A stretch of DNA of 64,000 nucleotides from the human T2T-CHM13v2.0 reference genome, Homo sapiens: assembly GCF_009914755.1 (NCBI RefSeq), contig NC_060938.1, one strand, 5' to 3'. Positions within the stretch are counted from its first letter, which is position 1. Every line of letters starts with the position of its first letter. The notes under the pieces are model-generated. The model searched no databases and was not told the origin of the DNA. It was given only the letters and a program-made list of their open reading frames with translations. The position numbers were made by a program, and so were the translations under genes. Of this stretch, positions 29,378-45,930 are shown in pieces.

Positions 29378-30655
29378 GGAGGAAATGATGTAGCTCCATT
29401 TTATACATGGGATGTCTTACACGCAACATCCAAGTGCTCAGATTTTATACAAGATAGTAATCCTTGAGTAATGTTCAGATGATTAAACTTGAGTCAATAC
29501 TTTTCTCATATTTGAATATAACATCAAAAATAAACAACATATTACAAATCACCAACCAGGGCTAATAGGTCTCGAGGTTGCTGGTACTTCCCTTGCCATC
29601 CAGTAAGAGCGGAAGCTCAAGGATGACGCTTTGCATTTCATTACTAAGACAGGTAAACATCAGATCTGCTGCAGAATCAAACACAATTAAAACTTTAATT
29701 AACTGAAACCTAACTAGCCCCCAACTTCAAATAAAAAACATTTGCGGGCAGCCGGGAAGGGGAAGATAGAGGTTACAGTACTTCATTTTTAAGAAAAAGG
29801 GGAAAGTCAGAGGCTCATATATGGAATTTATTCAAAATCATCATCTCTTGCAGCCTCCCAAGGGTGGGCACGTATTTTACATCAACATAATTACACAGTG
29901 AACACTGAAGGGCAAAATTCAGTGTCCTCCAACACATCAAGTATTCATTCAGCGTATTCTATCTATTGGCAGAAAACAGACCCATTGATTTGGAATGTAT
30001 TTTTAATAATAGAAGTTCAAACAAAAGGTTTGTAACCAGGGTACCCCTGTTTCCCAAACTTTGTGTTAACTCAGGATTCCATGGTATGAAAATCTCTCAA
30101 ATATTTTCCGCAGAATCACCCACACACTGGTCCCTTGCTAGAGGCTAAATAAACCTGATATCCTTTAAGTTTTCACATAACCTGGTATCCTCTTGCATAC
30201 CTCGGTGAGATAGCTAATCCCCAACCATCTTGCAAGAATCAGACTCAAGTATTATCAGCAGTGAGACAAACCCCTCATGGGTCTCCTCATCACACTCAGG
30301 GGAATGGGAAGTCCTGCTCTGATAAAGACAAAAAGCCACTTCACATCAATACAAACTTCAGATAAAGCAGGAAGGCTGATAGCATGAGGAAGGAGAAGCT
30401 AACTGAGATTTAGGGTTCAGAGGCACCTGGGCTAAATGCCAAACAAAATATACCTCCCAGGAAGCATCAAAAGTGAAAAAAGCCTTAAAGTATTAAGAGA
30501 ACTGTTATGCTGGCTATAAAACCCAACACAAACGGCAGACAGCATGGCTGCGCGATTCTCACCCAGCTGACTCTGAGGAGTTTTTATGAACGGTTTATAT
30601 GCAGGGAGTTGGGGTCAAGGGGAAAGGAACCTTCTTCTTGGGGTTTGAAATTTTA

Positions 30656-31256
<601 letters not shown>

Positions 31257-32663
31257 TTAAGAAGTTGTATTCTGATCACACTTCCCATTCACTTTCTAGA
31301 CTTTGGCTTGAAGACACACTGGCCAAAGACGTTCTTTCAAAAGAGGTTGTCTTTGTATTCTCTTAATAGATCTTGCATTCAATTTTGTTTGTTTAGAGTA
31401 CTTGACAACTGAGTTTCTTTTTCTTTCCATTCCTGTCTTTCTTCTTTCCTTTTTTTTTTTTAAATAAAAAAACAAACAAGAAGCCCAACAAACACAACTA
31501 CAGATCAACTTATTTTTAAGTATCTGAAGAGGCCCACGGCAATGATCTACCACTCCAGACCCTCAACTGGATTGTCTCACTGCCTTAAAGAAAACCGGTA
31601 AATTATTTCCTGAACAAAAGCAAGAATCTTTTAGGTCCTATAATCTCATTTCAAATCCTTTTACCCACTCCCTACTCCATTGGCCCTGATACTGCAACCC
31701 TCTTTGGGTAATCTGAGGTCCGTGGGTGCCAGGGCCACAGTTGCCTTAAAGTTCCTCCCGGCTTGCTGCCGTTGCTCACTGCTGGGAGGGGCAGCATGCC
31801 AGGGTTCGGGACCCCATAATGGCTCTGCTCTTACAGGGCAACTGTTAATAATTAGCAGGAAGCATTTTCCCTTTAAATCTCACAGCTTGAACAGTAAGAT
31901 CTCGTAGTGCCAAAGAAACATTTAATTCCAGAGAAGTGAGACTTGCTTCCAACATATTTTGTGTGGTTCTACCCATACAATTAAATGGCTTCATTCATCT
32001 ATCAGTAGATGGTTATGAAGCCAGGTGCTAAGGTAAAGTTGGGGGCATGAAGGGGAACAAGAGAGGATACGGGCTCCTGCCCTCACACAACTTGGAGTCT
32101 ACTGAGAAGAGATGCCTTTAAAGTGTAAATGCCAGGACAGACAATATGCTTGGGCCACACAAGGACATAGTGTTCTTGTCTGGAGGGGGCTGCAGAGGGA
32201 AGAACAGAGAAAAGAGGGAGCAACATGGTGGCATAGTCAAAAAATGAAGGACATTCAGTAAGGCTGAGAAGGGGACCGGTGGGGCAGTCAAGAGTCATAT
32301 GAGGTGCTTCTCTGCAAGGAACTGTCAGGGCAAACAGATGTTTCGGAGGAATCACCATGCTGAATACTCGCTGAGTACTAGCCAGGTACAGCAGAGGCAC
32401 ACCAGGAAGAGGCAAGAAGGAGGCCAAGTGGGAGTCAATGGCAGCTATCCAGTTAGAAGGTCATCCATCCATCCATCCATTCAAAACTACCAGCCTCGTG
32501 CTACTATGGGCTGGGGACTGTTCCAAAGCCTAAGGATACAGCAGAGAGCAAAAGAAAGTCCCCGCTCTCAAGGAATTTACATAAAACAAATACATAATGT
32601 GCAAGTGGTAATAAAAGCTAAGGAGAAAACTTAAAGGCAATGGCAATAAAGAATGACAGTGGG

Positions 32664-33597
<934 letters not shown>

Positions 33598-34100
33598 TTA
33601 GAGACTCATTAGAGGCAGGGACCTCTAGCGTGGTGCCTTTGTGCTTCAGTTTCCTTGTGGTGCCCTGGGCAACTCCTCAGATACAGCTTAAGTTGCAACC
33701 TGCAACAGACATCATATAGACAACATCTAAGCCACCACCATGTGATGTCTGTGAGCCATTCAAGAATGAAAAGTATCCACCAAAATAATTAAACATATAG
33801 TCCAATTCCCAGCTTTGCCGAATATCAGTAATAGCCAAGCAACACGCCCATTAGCTAAAGTGATTTCTCCAATGGGCATCAAAGAAATCTGCAAAGTTTT
33901 CTGTAACTATTGTTTTTGATGGGTTAAATTAGCACCATTACGGAATAGAAATTATTAATACATTCAGGGAGGTGGGGGGACATTTTCACTTAAAGAGAAA
34001 ATGCTACTTAGGCTTTTGAAATATTGATCACTAGCCAGAGTGCTGGGAAGCATTAAGAGAACCACAGCCTAAACATACTGATTTGGTTTGAAACAGCTAA

Positions 34101-34101
34101 G

Positions 34102-34148
<47 letters not shown>
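34101..34148. repeat. (TG)n microsatellite
   Basis: Read directly; about 24 units with one interruption. Confidence 0.95.
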
Positions 34149-34152
<4 letters not shown>

Positions 34153-34490
34153 ACCCACATCTTTACTAGCAGGGAAAACAAAGCGGCAGTAGGATACATG
34201 AGAAAATAACAGCAGAGCTACCCTTTGGGGAGAGAATATAGGAATACAGAGATTAAGGAGGTTTATGAGGAGGAATACACAAAACAGCGTTTCATCCTAA
34301 GATGACAGCTACAGAACTTTTTTCTTTGATCTCTTAACCACAGGGACCCACACACATGGGTCCCCTGAAAACCACAGCAGGTTGTGAGAACAGCTGAGAA
34401 GGCAAAGAAGACAGCAAGAACCTTCCATCCTTGACCAGCACAACTGCCTGGAAGTCTCTGGAAAGACACTGAGAGGTTTCAAGGCTGGCC

Positions 34491-34600
34491 CAGTGTTTCT
34501 TAAACCACCTGGAGATTGTATTAAAAAGCAGGTTCAGATCCAGCAGGTCTGGGGTGACGTCTGAGATTCTGCATTTCTCCCAGGCTCCCAGGAAACGCAC
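34491..34600. mobile_element. MER5A-like fragment
   Basis: CAGTGTTTCTTAAAC...CAGCAGGTCTGGGG...GAGATTCTGCATTTCT...CTCCCAGG. Confidence 0.65.
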
Positions 34601-34637
34601 ACGTTGCACATCCTTAGGCCATAGCAAGGCTCTAGGG

Positions 34638-34835
34638 TGGCGCTGTCCAACATGGTAGCCTCTTGCCACATGGGATTAGTTACATGAAGACTAAAGGAAA
34701 CTAAAAATGCAATTCCATGGGCACACTGGGTGCATCTCAGGTGCTCAACAAGCCACATGTGGCTAGTGACTACACAGCGGACAGCATAGACACAGAGTAC
34801 TTCCACCACTGCAGAAAGTTCTGCTGAGCTATGCT
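34638..34835. mobile_element. MER3/MER33-like hAT element
   Basis: GCGCTGTCCAA...AGCCACATGTGGCTAGTG...CACTGCAGAAAGTTCT. Confidence 0.7.
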
Positions 34836-34877
34836 ATTCTTCGGGCTCCTGCTCCCATGCCCATGCCAACACACATG

Positions 34878-35081
34878 CACCACCACCACCACCACCACCA
34901 CCACCATCACTACCACCACCACGACCACCACCACCACCACCATCACCAACACCAACACCAACACCACCAACACCAACACCACCACCACGACCACCACCAC
35001 CACCACCACCACCACCACCACCACCACCACTACCACTACCACCACCGCCACCACCACCATCACCACCACCATTATCACCAC
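34878..35081. repeat. Imperfect (CAC)n trinucleotide tract, 204 bp (68 triplets)
   Basis: Read directly; interruptions are CAT, TAC, GAC, CAA, CGC and TAT. Confidence 0.95.
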
Positions 35082-37940
35082 ACAGGTCTAACCTCTAACT
35101 CTGCACTGTATCATGTCAGAGACCCAGAGACTGAGGCTACTGGGGCCCTTTCTTCTTCTTCCCTATCTCATGCAAGAGTAAGAGGTGAAACAGTTCTAAA
35201 TGGAGGGTGGAGAACCACCCTCTTTGTTAAAGGGAAACATCACAGGAAGGGAAAGGAGTTGTAAACAGATACATTTATTGAACTATCTCTGTACAGAGGA
35301 CATGACTTGTGGTGATCTCATTGAATAGACACTACCCATTGTGGGTGGTAGACACTACTGGCCCAGTTTTACAGATCAGTGAACAGAGAACAGAAGAGGT
35401 GACACTGCAGGCCCTGACATCACAGAGCTAGTGAAGTGGCAGGTATAGAACTGCACAAGATGTGTGTGAGTCCCAAGATGATGCTCTGCCCCTGGGGGCT
35501 CAATGAACTGAGCTGGGCATTACCTGTGCCTCTTGGGGACCAAGCCTAGCCCCTGTCCTGTCAAGTAAGATAGCATGGCTGCACTCTCAACACAGGTCTG
35601 GCGTCTCCCAACACTGAAAACAGCTCCATCTAAGACATTAATCATGGGGAATTATTAGAGACAGAGGCACAGAGAACTTTTAATCCAGAAAACACTTTTA
35701 CCGGTGATGAAAGAACACTTTTATCAATGATGTAAAGCAAAACTATTGTATCTCATGCGTTCTCATTCAACAAACGTTTACTCAACAGCTACCAAGCGCC
35801 AGGCACTGTGTGGGCTCTGGAGCTAAGTAAAGAACAAACCTACCATGTCCCTGCCCTCCCAGAGCACACACCTTCTTTTATAGGTGCTGTCAAAGAAAAT
35901 AGCTTTCCTAAGGCAGAAGCCTTTACATATTCTATCTATACCCAATTCCAACTCTCTGGATGCTTAAGAAAATATTAAACATGAGGAATGAATAAGACAC
36001 AAGTATATTTTCAACCCCAGGAACTGTACAGAATTTTAATTTTGCTTCATGTGCTGCTTTGAGAAGGACAATGATCAAATCAAACTCTTCTTGAATCAAA
36101 AGCATCCCTTCACCAAGGCTACTTTAATACTCGGCAGAATCCACAATCCTCTGGCTGCCCGGGAAGTCATCAAGAGTGGTGCACACACTCACAGGCGCAC
36201 TGGACTTTAGTCAAAAGTAATGAATTTTGTGATAGAAAATTGATCTCTCCTGTTCCCATAAAGCAGGCTCTGTCGAGAGAGCAAACAAACAGGGCTGTAA
36301 TAATTAATTGAAAAGAAAGAGTCTAATTAAATTTTTATATTAGTGTACATAATGGCCAGAAATAGTAAACATTGCTGTCAAAAAAAAAGAATCAGAGCTG
36401 TAAAACCACTAAAAGCTCTATGACTCTTCAGACAACCAGCAACCACTTACCACTATTCAATGCAAACACAGCTTCATCTTATTTTCTAGCCCATGGTAAG
36501 TGGCATAAAGTAGGAAGAATAGAGAACCATGAAATATTTAGCCACTACAACTCGGTACAATTCAACAACTATTTATTGAGTGCTTCCCGTGCCTGACATT
36601 GTGATCCATCTATCCCGCCAACATTTCCCGGGTACGTAATATGCACACACACACATGCTCACACACGCACCACCCAACCCAGCTGTGGGGTCTTTGCTGG
36701 TGATTAGATGCAATCATTGGCTCCAAGAGATGAGTCCAATTCTGAAAGAGAAAAAGCACATGTACACATAGGACCACAACATGAGGCCATAATTGCCAAG
36801 TATCATCTAGGTGGTCCGGGAAACTTATTATGACATGCAGTGAGAGATCATATAATGTTTCCTTAGAAAAGGTGAGATTTATATACAAAGCAACTGAAAT
36901 ATGAAGAAGTACACTAAGGAGAGAAGAATGCTCCAAATATTTATCTACCATTATTATATGATGTGCTTAACGACTACAGATCTTATCCCTGACTGGGTGC
37001 CCCTTGCTAGGAGCTTGGCTGCTGCCATCTTTGGGGTTACCAGCCCTGGAATGCTGAGGATGGTGCTTACAGAATTTAAAAGTGACAAGTATGCGACAAG
37101 GTTTAAACTGGGCAGGAAACTGACCTACAGCTTCAAGAGCAAAAGGAATGGATAATTTTAACCTAATGGATTTATACAAATCCACAAGTGGACAGAAGGA
37201 TAATGGTAAAAGGCACCTCTACCCGCCAAAAGCCCTATGAAAGTTGATGAGGCTATTTACAGATGGTATCTTTCTTCTGGAACTTCAGGGCAAGACATCT
37301 GTTTAGTCTTTCAGACTACTAGTTTACCCCTCAGATGGGGCCTCAAAGTGTTGCTAGGCTTCTGACCATACCAGAGTTGCCCAAGTCTCCCCAAAGGCAC
37401 AAATGAGCAGGGAAGCCACTTTAAAAACTTACAATAAATCCTCCTCACAAAGGCTGGCTAATCTCGAAGTTTCCAGTCTTTAAACATTATAATAAGCAGA
37501 GGCTACCAGAATCAGAAGGAACGTTAGAGATGATCTAGCCCAACCACCTCATTTTATAAACCTAGGGAGGGAAGTCCATTAAGATGAAGTGACTCAGGTT
37601 TACAGGAATTAGCACACAGCTAATCAGGGCCAGTGTCAACACTAAAAACCCAGGTTTTCAGACTCCCAAATAGCATTCTCCCAGACCACAGGCTAATGCC
37701 TTCCAAAATGTCACCACTGTGTTTCAGTACTTCAATACTTGGGAAGAGCTTCAAAACAGCCAGGATCGTTAAACTACAGCACTTTTGTACAGATGACCGA
37801 AAGCAAGTCTCATGTTACATTAGATTTGTTTACAAGTCCATCTTTCTAACTGGAGGTGTATGCTCTGATGACAGGAAACCTGGCTCAGTCATCAAGGATC
37901 CCAAGTAACCCGCACAAAGCATGGCACACAGGAGTTCCAG

Positions 37941-38358
37941 CAGCCCTAGATGAATGGGCGAAGAGACATTCCCACCAGCAGCCCTGGATGAATGGGCAAA
38001 GAGACATTCCCAACAGCAGCCCTGGATGAATGGGGGAAGAGACATTCCCACCAGCAGCCCTGGATGAATGGGTGAAGAGACATTCCCAACAGCAGCCCTG
38101 GGTGAATGGGTAAAGAGACATTCCCAACAGCAGCCCTGGTTGAATGGGTGAAGAGACATTCCCAACAGCAGCCCTGGGTGAATGGTTAAAGAGACATTCC
38201 CAACAGCAGCCCTGGATGAATGGGGGAAGAGACATTCCCACCAGCAGCACTGGATGAATAGGAGAAGAGACATTCCCACCAGCAGCACTGGATGAATAGG
38301 AGAAGAGACATTCCCACCAGCAGCACTAGATGAATGGGCAAAGACACATTCCCACTAG
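37941..38358. repeat. VNTR, 11 copies of a 38-bp unit (consensus CAGCCCTGGATGAATGGGNGAAGAGACATTCCCA(A/C)CAG)
   Basis: Units start exactly every 38 bp from 37941 to 38321. Confidence 0.95.
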
Positions 38359-39060
38359 CACAGCCTCAAAGGGAAACGGAGGCTTGGCTTTTTGGAGGAT
38401 GGCCCTTAGGAATCCATCTGGGGCTCCAGAACAGGTAATTACATCACAGATAATTCCATGATCTCAAATAACTGACACCACGACAAGGGTAGAGCTTGAC
38501 AGGTGATAACAAGATAAAGAGCAGGTACCATCCTCCATTTAGATGTGGAAGAGAAAGATATAAGACGTGCAATGAAATAAGCTGCCTATGTCATTCAGCC
38601 ATGGGACTGGCACAGAAGGAAAAGAGGACAAGTAGTACTCAGAGGCCACGGATGCAGGCCTCCTCCATCTCAGCTTACCTGCTCCTGTGCTCAGCTTATA
38701 ACCATGCAAGGCCTCGGCCTGCCATCTGGGAAATACAGCAAAGTAGATGATATAAGAGAGGCCACCGACCCTCACCACTGTGCAATTCTTCGGCAGCTGG
38801 ACCACACCAGAAATCATGTTGCCCAAGATATAGCACCCCTCACGGAACCAAGCCTAGTACATGGGTAACAGATTCATTCTGACATAGATAGTAGGTGTTA
38901 ATTTTTCCCAGGCTGTGATGCTTACACACCCTTTAATACTAATAAAGCAGGAATCAAACCAAAACCCCAAGCTCTTTTTCATTATTATTTCCAGAATATC
39001 CATGGAAAAAGTCCTCAACATTTAAAACTCGGAACATAGCAGAAGGGATTTGGGGTGTGC

Positions 39061-39612
<552 letters not shown>

Positions 39613-40699
39613 GTGGACCTAAAACTCACAGACTATGCTAACGGTTTCAAGATCATTATCATGATGTGTGCCAGCCATCCCTGCTCCCCCGCCATTTGTG
39701 GTAAAGTTCAATGTAACATAAAAATAAACTATTTTCTTAGCTCCCAGTAAGCCCAGTTAACTATTTTCACTGGTGGAGTTAGAGAGACATCCTCCAGGTT
39801 TCCTTTAATGCTGCTGCTGACTTGAGGGCTGCAGAGATTCTGACAGGGTGGCTGGAAGCACAAACCTGTTTGTCAATAACAGTGGAGGGGCTAGAAGCAC
39901 AGGGGTGCCTGCCAGGTAGTAAGAAATCTCCAATGCCCTCAAATAGAGCCAGCGGTAGACTCCTATCTGCCACAGCTTGTACGGGCAGAAATTGCCCTGC
40001 ACTGGGAGTATCAAAAATCTTAAGTCAGCTACAAGAAAGAAACAGACATCCCGCTTCTGCTACCCAGCTGCCCCTGACCTCATTTCTGGCTCACCCCGAG
40101 TCTTCTGACTCTCATATCCAAACATGTGAAGCAAGAGTACAGAATGGAGCCAGCGTGAATCACTGTAACTTGTGGGTAGGAGCATGTCGCTTGAATTGCC
40201 ATTTGCAGGGAGCCTGGAGGTCTTGCAAAGAAAGAGGGAAGAGTAAAGAGAGAAAAGGCTATTTGTTTATGGGTTAAGGCTAAAGACCAACTGATGAAAG
40301 GGGTGAGACCAAAAGAAAAACCATAAACGATGTTTTTCCTTGGCATTCCAAAAGCAAATTGTGGGTTTATCCAAATGCTGCAATTGGAAAAATCAGAGCT
40401 ATTAGCACATGAAAGGTCATTGGCTAAGCATCACTCGCTGCTGTAAAATGCATCACCTGTGGAAATGCCAGCAGTCATCACCTGCCAGGGATTCCAGAAT
40501 CAAGGCCACACTTGGCCACAGTCGGTTCCATGGATTCCTAAGGCCAGGGAGCCTGTCCTGTTTGCCTCAGAATCCTCAGGACCTGGGCCCACCAAGGGGT
40601 AGGCTGAAGGAATAAACGGCTGCTGGAATGTGAAATGAGGTCTGTCTACAAGAAATGCTACGTTGTTCTGTTTCCTCTTCTTCTTTTGCGCCTAGATTC

Positions 40700-41150
40700 A
40701 TTTTGGAATGTGTGATAAAATACACAAAATATGAAATTTGCCACTTAAACAATTTTTTAGGTGTACATACAGTTCAGTGGCATTTGGTGTATTCACACTG
40801 TTGTGCAACCATCCCTACTATTTATTTCCAGAACTTCTTCATCATCCCAAACTCTGTACACATTAAATACTAACTCCCCATTCCCACCTTCCCCCAGGCC
40901 CTGGTAACCACTAATCCACTTTCTGTCTCTATGTTATTTGTCTATTCTAGGAAAACTTCATATAAGTGGAATCATATGATATTTGTCCTTTTGTATCTGG
41001 CTTTTTTCACTCTGCATAATGTTCAAAGTTCATCTATGTTGTGGCCTGTGTCAGAATTTCATTCTTTTCCAAGGCTGAGTAATATTCCATTGTCTGTACA
41101 AGACACGTTTTGTTCATCCACCACCTGCTGATGGACGTTTGCGTTGTTTC
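40700..41150 (-). mobile_element. L1M 3' end fragment
   Basis: GTTCAGTGGCATTTGG...CCCTGGTAACCACTAATCCACTTTCTGTCTCT...GGCTGAGTAATATTCCATTG. Confidence 0.8.
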
Positions 41151-42822
41151 CCTGAGTGTTGCTTTTAAACAGGATGGTCTATGGATTTAGCAAAAGCAGT
41201 GGTGAAGGGGACTGAGGATGAAGAACAGACTCAGACTCAATCTGTTACTAACTCCCCGTGTGATCTTAGGACCACATGGGTCTCCTCTGTGTTTTCAGTT
41301 GTAAAATTGAGGAACTGAATCAGACCAGTCTTCTCCAGCGTATTTTTGGCCACCATTTATAGTAACAAATAGGCTTCATTCTGACTGAGTTCACACAAAT
41401 ATACCATACACAACTGAAACAAAGGTTTCACAAAATAATAGCCTCCTCTGTGCAACGCACTCTGGTATTTCTTATTCTACTGTATTATTTTTTGTAAAAC
41501 AAAAAGATAGTTGTAACCCCTACATTGATTTCATAACCCATTACGGAGTGGTAATCTTTATTTTAGATTACTTGTTCCCAAATTGGTGTTCCTTGGAATA
41601 TGTTGATCAGTGTGCTGTGATTTTTTTAATGTCTGTTTGATAAAATGTAGGAAATATCTTAATTTTGGCTTACTACAAAGAAGTTACAATAAGCTGCGTT
41701 TCCCAAACTTATTGACCACGGGCAACTTCATGTATACTCAAAACTAAAGTCCTAACAACCCCAGGAAGCTGTTCATGTGGTGTCCCACCTAAGGACTCTA
41801 AACTGGGTGATTTTAGGTTCTTTTCTGCTGCAATATTCTATGATTAAGACACTAATTCTCAACATGTATTTTCTGTTGAACAGCGCAGAGAGGGGCAGAC
41901 ACCCTGCACAGTTAACTATGACTCACTAAGTCAATGATTTTAAATACCATATCCAGCTCTCCAGGGTCAGGAAAATTATATACATATATTTTAATAACAG
42001 ACTTCATCTTTTAAGAGAAATTTTAAGCTCACAACAAAAGTGAGCAAAAAGTACAGTCAGTTCCCATATACCCTTACCCCCATCCCCGGTCTCCATGGCC
42101 TCTCCCACCATCAACACCCTATATAATTTTCTTAATGTCCCTCTTGTGATTCTGATGCTTCACTCCTTGTCCCTTAATGCTGGTCTAAAGACTTTGTTAA
42201 AACGAAATTTTCCAGACAAAAATCCACTCAAGATGGATTAAAACTTTAATTCAATGTTAAGACTTGAAACTGTTAAACTAGAAGAAAACAAAGGGGGAAA
42301 ACTCCATGACATTGGTCTTGGCGATGATTTTTTGGATACGACACCAAAAGTACAGGCACAAAAGCAAACATAAGTGGGACTACATCAAACTAAAAAGTTT
42401 TTTGTACAGCAAAGGAAATAGTCTACAAAATGAAAAAGGCAACCTACAGGACGGAGAAAATACTTGCAAAGCACATATCCAATAAAGAGTTAATATCCAC
42501 AATAGAAAGGCACTCATACAACTCAACAGCAAAACAAAACAAAACAAAAAACTAAACAAATCCCACAAATAACCCAGTTTAAAAATGGGTAAAGAACCTG
42601 AATAAACATTTTTCTAAAGAAGACACACAAATATCCAGCAGGTATATGAAAAGGTGCTCAACATCACTAATCATCAGGGAAATGCAAATAAAGCCACAAT
42701 GAGATACCACCTCACATCTGTAAGAATGGCTACTATCAGAAAGACTGTCTGTACTGGTGAGGACATGGAGAAAAGGAAACTCTAATACCTTGTTGGTGGA
42801 AATGTAATTTGGTTCAGCACCA

Positions 42823-43453
<631 letters not shown>

Positions 43454-43638
43454 CAGAACCACCATAAGATCCAGCAATTCCACTTCTGGGTATATATCCA
43501 AAGGAAATAAAGTCACTATTTCAAAGAGATACTATATCTGCATGGCACTCTCAATTTCATTGCAGCATTATTCACAATAGCCAAAATATGGAAACAACCA
43601 AAGTGTCCACTGACAGATAAATGAATGAAGAAAATGTG

Positions 43639-43677
<39 letters not shown>

Positions 43678-43842
43678 AATGTGGTATACACACACACACA
43701 CACACACACACAAAGGAATATTATTTGACCTTAGAAAAGAAGGAAATCCTGCCATTTTTGACAGCATGGATGGACCTAGAGGACATCATGCTACATGAAA
43801 CAAGCCAGACACAGAAACACAAATAGCACATGATCTCACTTA

Positions 43843-44305
<463 letters not shown>

Positions 44306-44389
44306 GCCCTAGAGACCTAATTTACAGCACAGAGACTACAGTTAATAATACTGTATTTTATACTTTAAATTTGCTAATAAAAGAGTAGA

Positions 44390-44715
44390 TTTGTTTTGTT
44401 TTATTTTGTTCTTTGTTTGTTTTGTTTTGAGACAGAATCTTGCTCCTTGTTTTGAGACAGAATCTTGCTCCGTCACCCAGGCTGGAGTGCAATGGTGCGA
44501 TCTCAGCTCACTGCAACCTCCGCCTCGCAGGTTCAAGCAATTCCCTGCCTCAGCCGCCCCAGTAGCTGGGATTACAGGCGTGCACCACCACACCCAGCTA
44601 ATTTTTGTATTTTTAGTAGAGATGGGGTTTCACCATCTTGGCCAGGCTGGTCTTGAACTCCTGACCCCATGATCTGCCCGCCTCAGCCTCCCCAAGTGCT
44701 GGGATTACAGACCTG
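44390..44715 (-). mobile_element. AluS with a 25-bp tandem duplication near its 3' end
   Basis: Reverse Alu with TSD AAAAGAGTAGA. Confidence 0.88.
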
Positions 44716-44744
44716 AAAAAGAGTAGAACTTAACTATTTTCATA

Positions 44745-44777
<33 letters not shown>

Positions 44778-45787
44778 TGGTAACTATATGAGGTAATAGA
44801 TATGTTAAACTGTGGTAATCATTTTACAATGTGTGTATCACAACATCACACTGTACGCCTTAAATATCCACAATTTTTATTCATCAATTATATTTCAATA
44901 AAGCTGGGGGCACAGAAGGACCAAAAACCCCCAAGTTTTCCAAGACTAATTGTAAAACAACTCAGTGGTCCAGCACATTACTTTCAGTTGAGTCTCTCAA
45001 ACTGAGTGTCATTCCTACACCTGCTTAGATTACTGAAAACATCCTCACATGTAGCGTTTGGCCACAAGTGGTCTATTGAACTTGGCACAGCCAAAATGAC
45101 CAACAGTGCTCATCATTCCTACGATCTAAGTCTTGCCTCAGCAAATATGCTATTTACAGACACTATTTTGATAATTATTTAGAGCTTAATTTTTATACAC
45201 TTGGGTCAACCAGAAATCAGCCAGGCATTTTTGGAAGAATCTTCACTGCTTGTTCCTTAACAAAATAAAATTAACCCTGTGTCTTTAATCCATTTTATGA
45301 CTTCAATATCAAATAAAAGGATGCTAATTATATCTATTCATTTTTATTTCACAAATATTTACTGTGTACAATATTAGAGATTCAGGACGGTGGTTAGAGA
45401 GATTTTCATTTTTAAAGAATGTTAACAAAATATGTTGCTCTAACAACAATAATTTTTTTTAAAAAAACTAAATTCAAAAGATGGTGAGAGTCCTTGTCAG
45501 TTCTCCCTACAGACATATCAAAAACAAATACATATAAGAAATGATTAGAAAGATAGCTGAAGTATAGACATTTATTCCCAAAATGACTGAGAGTTTAAGA
45601 GGAACAAAACAAGAGGAAACCCTCATTTGCTCTAAGAAGAATTCATGGGCAAGAAAGCTTTATAATATGGTGAGGTTTGACTCTCTTTTTTTCTTATTAA
45701 ACAAACGTATAAATAATCCCTAAAATATTGTGTGATTCTCCCCACCCTACATTCGCTTTTCGATTTTGTCTAAAACAGAAGTGATCC

Positions 45788-45789
<2 letters not shown>

Positions 45790-45823
<34 letters not shown>

Positions 45824-45930
45824 TCATAATCCTTAGTCACCCCTTCCCCATTCTCCTAACGGTGCCTCCATCCATCCATCCATCCATCCATCCATCCATC
45901 CATCCATCCATCCATCCATTCATCCATCCA
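45790..45930. repeat. (CA)n at ~45790-45822 and (TCCA)n at ~45867-45930
   Basis: Read directly from the sequence. Confidence 0.93.

Noticed and set aside
28712-29429. Three overlapping ORFs of 123-161 aa
   Set aside because: They lie within a MER21-type LTR and show no gag/pol/env or other recognisable similarity.
34770-35264. Poly-His, poly-Thr and poly-Val ORFs as real proteins
   Set aside because: A CAC repeat has no stops, so long ORFs are automatic. I see no splice or promoter support.
35675-35735. Short degenerate AACACTTTTA...GATG duplication
   Set aside because: Two to three decayed copies of about 22 bp, consistent with ordinary slippage.
37941-38358. CRISPR-like array of ~38-bp repeats, and the repetitive 152-aa and 121-aa ORFs across it
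   Set aside because: The units are head-to-tail with no unique spacers and there are no cas genes in this primate DNA. The ORFs simply translate the VNTR.
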